The notes beneath the pieces were generated by a model. The model searched no databases, was not told where the DNA came from, and saw only the letters and a program-made list of their open reading frames with translations. A stretch of 64,000 nucleotides of DNA, taken from Penicillus capitatus (lineage: Eukaryota; Plantae; Chlorophyta). The stretch lies in contig OZ287703.1 in NCBI GenBank assembly GCA_965649825.1, positions 372,001-436,000 of the forward strand, in the 5' to 3' direction. Shown here piece by piece: positions 59,646 through 64,000 of the stretch. A program made the translations under genes and the position numbers. The stretch's first letter is position 1, and the number at the start of each line of letters is the position of its first letter.

Positions 59646-61438
59646 CCGGATTCGAAGGAGGGTTTCCCATCAGTGTTGACCCGGTTGAGTCTGGCACGCC
59701 CGCGCCGAGTTGGATGGGTTCCGGCGGGGAATGGACATCGTCGCGCCAAGTTCGGGGGCCGACGATAGGGTCGCCACCAGAACAAAGACTTTTGTCCGCT
59801 TACTTTTGCACCTAATAGAGGCCGAAGGACGCGGAGAGCGTGCCTTATCTCGCAAAATTTCAGGCCGCGAGGTTTCTTTTTTGCATCGACCGGCGCTTTG
59901 TCGCTTTCTTTGCCGAACCGGGACGTTTCGCTGACATTTTGTAAGATGATAAGGCGCCTCGGTTATCGATGCAGGTGCAAAAGTCGCATCCAGCGCGATT
60001 CTCACGTTCTTCTTTTTTGCTGGATTCGTTGAACTATTGTTCCATTTGAACGCATACCGTCTGATTTCTTTCCTTTTCTTTTCTATTTAAGCACTCGTGT
60101 TCGGAGTTCACACTGACGGAAGCGTGGTCGGTCAATTTCGATCAACAGCTGTTACCTTCCCTGTCACCGCATTAGGACAGATATTCCCTTCCGAATCATG
60201 TCATTTCGTAACTGCTTATGCGCGTCCCTGTTGTAGATCCTTCCTCGTTCGTTATTCATTCACGTCTCTAGCAATCTACCCCACGGAACGAGTGTGTAAT
60301 TGCAACCGTTATTCTTGCTGTATTCCCGCCATAATGCTTGTTTCCGCATGCGTCATAACAGAAACAAAGACTATTCCCATGAAGCGAACAGCTTCTTCCT
60401 TTGCGCTCCACTCTTCAAATATCTTCTAACTAACCAAGTTTAGTAGCACTAGACGAAAGTACCATCGCGATGAGTTCAACTTTTGACATTTGTCATAACA
60501 GGTGTTACGCACTTCAGGCTAACGAGGAATCAGTGTCTTACTGTAGCGATGACGCGACGCGTGAAACGACAGAGATTTCGCGAAGCAACTTATGTCAGTG
60601 ATGTAACGTGACACTGCGTTTTGTGTACTGACTCCTCATCATCATGTTTTCTCACAGTCACCTGACTAAACTGTAGATGAAAACGTCGCGTCGGACGATG
60701 GGACTGCGTGACTCTCAACTGCCGCGTCAGACGCTTACATTAGATGCGTCCGACGCAATGTAAGATACACATTACTTGGCGCGATTCGTCTGTCTCGTTT
60801 CCGTGGCGTCAAGCTCTGCGTCTTGGTCGGCCAACCGTGACGTGGGCCCACGAAAACTGTGACTCTCACTCTTCCACAGCCATCCTCACAGATCTCACTC
60901 GAATCCCATTAAATCTGATGGGACATTCACAGCCTATACGAGCTCTGCACCACTAAAACACCTGCTTCACTCTAATGAGGCCGCGCATGACTCCTCTGCG
61001 CTAAACACACAATGAATCTAATCAGAAGACCAACTAACCTATAAAATCCACTTGTGCGTACCTCAAAAAAACAACTCTTGCCGAATACTAATCCATTAAC
61101 GCTAAAAACAAGCAGCAGAACCGTGCATTTGAGCCCCCAGAGCCGCGAGCAATCCCCTGTTCGCCAGAACCCCTGCATCCCGATTCGCTGCCGCCAAAAA
61201 AATCCGTCACCGCCGAAAGCGTATTCGCACAATGCGCTAACCGAGTTCGCGCCACTTTACAGTAACACGGCTACTTTCCACAGAGGGCGTCGCTTGAGCT
61301 AAAACTTGGCACGAAGGCATCATCGGAGATCCGCTATCCAATGCCGAAGACAGTTCCCCGAACGACGGCCCCGTCGCTGAGAACCGCGAAGTCGCATGGC
61401 GCGCAGATTCAAGTGTAATGCGCATGCATGGAAAGGAG

Positions 61439-61492
61439 ATACGGCCGAGGACGCCGTATGCGAAGCAACGTATACGACGCCCTCGACCGTAT
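61439..61492 (-). other. 24-bp hairpin with a 6-nt loop
   Basis: Arms 61439-61462 and 61469-61492 differ at 4 of 24 positions; on the minus strand 3 of the 4 are G-U pairs. Confidence 0.7.
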
Positions 61493-62219
61493 GGGAGGCC
61501 TGAAATGCGAACGACACGACTTCCGCTGTGCTAACGTCACATCACCTGCATCACTCAGAGTAAGCGGCCCGCCGCCGCCTCTGGCCGTCAGCGAGCGGAG
61601 CTGGCTGGGCGCGCAATAACAGGAAAGTCCATCGTTGCCGTTCCAATTAAGATTCTAGTGTTTTCAGAGAGTTGAATTACTTAGAAACATGTTCCGGCTT
61701 ATCTTTACAGGTAAATAATGTGACATTCAAGAAAGGACAGCAATCTCGAGATGGACTTTGAATTTCCTTGTCAGACACTTAAATGTTGATCGAAGAGAAT
61801 GTGTTCATCAAATTGTCAACAATTGTGCGTTGGATGTCAAATCGTGCGCTCGCTTCTTATCATTTGTTACATTGACGTTACCTGCCTTCTAATTTCACCT
61901 GATATCATTTGTAAAGAGAAGATTCAATGTTGAATGACATAACAGCAGGTTTTTAGCGACTCTGTGTTCAATGCCAACATCACATCTCTTCAGAATATAA
62001 CTCAATGACAAACAGAAGAATAGCTTTCAAGCGTCAACCCATCCTCTTGCGAATTTCAGGAAACCAATCACCACCACAGAAAGACAAACTCATGCGATGT
62101 GAGCAACAGTTCAGTTGGTCCGCTGTTTGATGCATTGCCGTGTTCACATCGATGTAAAGAATAAGAATCTGATCAATTGTGCAGCCAAACCTTGACAGTT
62201 TGAAACAAAATGGAGGACT

Positions 62220-64000
62220 CTAGAGATGTCCAAGGAAAATAGCATCTGTAATCATGTCTGCAAAGACCTTTCCAAATGCAGAAGCCAGTGCGTCTGCTAC
62301 ATTAGCGTTCATTGCAATGTTCTGGAAAACTCTTGACAGATCTGCATCTCCAAGCGCCTCATGAAATACTCCATCTGCCGCGGCGGCCATTTCCTAAACA
62401 GCAGGGCATTCATCAACTTCCAAAGCAGCATTAGAAGGAGCAACACCTGCAGTCGATCGACACACGCGTGCTCTCCAAAAGCTACGGTGTGTACACTCAG
62501 GGGACGGTATTGTTCAGCCATCTCCCACATCTTCTCCATTACGAATCGAGGATCATCATGTCCATCGCCATCGGACATGAAGATGAGGACAGGCAGCTCA
62601 GTGGCCTCTCTGTTGCTCAGAATATCACATGCCATATTCAAAGGAGGCAAGAAGGCTGTGTTCCCTTCGTTACATTCCAGAAGCTCCAGGTCTGCTTGAA
62701 GCGGCACCCTTTGCATCACCTGCCGGGCAGAATCATCGAACTGAATGACACTGACGAGATCCGTCGTCGACTGATCTCTCAATCTCTGATCCAGGAACTG
62801 TTTGAATGCGTTAGAGAGATGATCCCAAGGATCTCCCCACATCGATCCAGACTCATCCAGACAGAATATGAAGTGAAATCCAAGGCGGGAATTGACCTAA
62901 GGTACAAACACTCTTCAATGAAGGATTCCAACATGCTTCATTCGCGTACTTCACAGTTTCCAAACACATCTTTCCACATCAATTCAAACGTCGCATCATC
63001 GTTATAGTGCTGAACAAATTCATGCATCATCTTGTCAGTGTCGTGCGTGATTCTGCAGAAGAGCAAATGGATGTCCTTCTCCTTCAGCCTTGCCATAACG
63101 CCGCTCGCTGTCAGTCCATGCGGATCACCCTCCGGATACCTAGATCCCAAAACCTCATTTCTAGCTGTCCATGTGCAAAACTGTTCGCACACCTGTCGTC
63201 TCCACAGTCATTGATACTTTGTCCGTGTCCAGGTGCGTCACCGATGAACACACAGAAACGAACCTTGCTTTGCCAACCATGCATGTCAGCCACAGCATCC
63301 AACGCTCCCAACACATCTTCTGGAGTATCCGTTCCGCCGCTTGCTGAACAACGGCCAAGGAAATCTGTCACGTCGTTTGTGTCCGAAGTGAACGATAAGA
63401 GATCAATTCTGTCGACATCTCCATAGTCTTTGTACGCGACCATGGCAAAACGATACTCCAACTCAATGTCGGGATGCTCTTGCTTGATCTTCTGAGAGAT
63501 ATGTTCTGAGATTCCCTACAATCAGCACTCGATCACCTTACATCGCCGATGACGATTCCTACCTTGATCTGCTCTTTGGCAGCGCTCATCCAATACATCA
63601 TGGATCCGGTACAGTCGAGGGCAAAACAGATATCCACCGTGAATGCAGATGGCTTGTTTCCTCTCAACAGCTTCGCTTCTCGTTCAGTCTCCATCGCTTC
63701 CAACAGAGTCGGAAACACCGTCTCATTGTTCTTCAGAATATCTTTGACTGTCTTCGCCTCTCCTTCGCGGAATAGAGCAGCGTTTTGCCAATCGATGAGG
63801 TTCTTCAAGTTTGATCTGTGCAGTCTGGCTGCACTTTGCATTCTGTCCGAGATGCTTTCTAAAGCATCTGGCACCATCTGAGGCAATGCCGCCGTAATCC
63901 ATTTTGGATAGCACTTCTTGACAAAGAACTGTTCCGGACCAACGCCCATTGCCAAAACATCAATTCCCAGATCTTCTTCAATCTTGTGGAGTACACTTGC
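62220..64000 (-). CDS. Tandem von Willebrand factor A (VWA) domain protein, 5' part beyond the window
   Basis: VWA with MIDAS DICFALDCTGSM..YKDY..GGTDTPED..IGDAPGHG, and a second VWA FIFCLDESGSM..VIQFDD..T..IFMSDG..HTVAFG. Stop at 62220-62222. Confidence 0.85.

Noticed and set aside
59594-59815. TGGCGCAG(C)TCGGC like a tRNA-Ser primer-binding site, and an ORF starting with gag-like IEKYDAGVDP
   Set aside because: It needs an insertion to match, no LTR pair or pol is nearby, and the bases are explained by the hairpin.
61452-61479. GCCGTATGCG resembles group II intron domain V
   Set aside because: No 2-nt bulge, no GNRA loop, no domain VI, and no intron-encoded protein.
61621-61701. AGGAAAGTCC and CCGGCTTA resemble RNase P RNA CR-I and CR-V
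   Set aside because: They are only about 65 nt apart (about 300 expected), P4 pairing is incomplete, and the intervening DNA is AT-rich.

Overview
Gene-dense, intron-rich eukaryotic nuclear DNA (about 50% GC, introns mostly 45-60 nt, standard genetic code). A starch synthase with a transit peptide, tryptophan synthase alpha, a plant-type insertion in RNR1 and TGTAA poly(A)-like signals point to a chlorophyte green alga; a siphonous ulvophyte is my guess only. I modelled about 30 protein-coding genes by hand-splicing the ORF fragments. They include a BSD protein, RFC4, IWS1 x2, TRM1, YEATS, RNR1, SS1, Yos1, a USP, TGS1, a HAD hydrolase, TSA, Mic10, an ARM protein and a multi-VWA protein. Two tandem duplications (IWS1; a membrane sulfotransferase) share one layout, and the first encloses a decayed Ty3/gypsy element. 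The most unusual observations are: (1) a hybrid RING1-IBR plus MYCBP2-type RING-Cys-relay E3 ligase, which sits with a CXXC-bearing deubiquitinase at the two ends of a very tight four-gene divergent block; (2) a 7-exon secreted double PAN/apple protein invisible to the ORF track; (3) sulfotransferases with type I membrane topology; (4) frequent GC-AG introns; (5) an unexplained 58.2-61.7 kb region with ATCG-rich DNA and strong hairpins. Family assignments come from motif recognition by eye; no database search was run, and exon boundaries are manual models.
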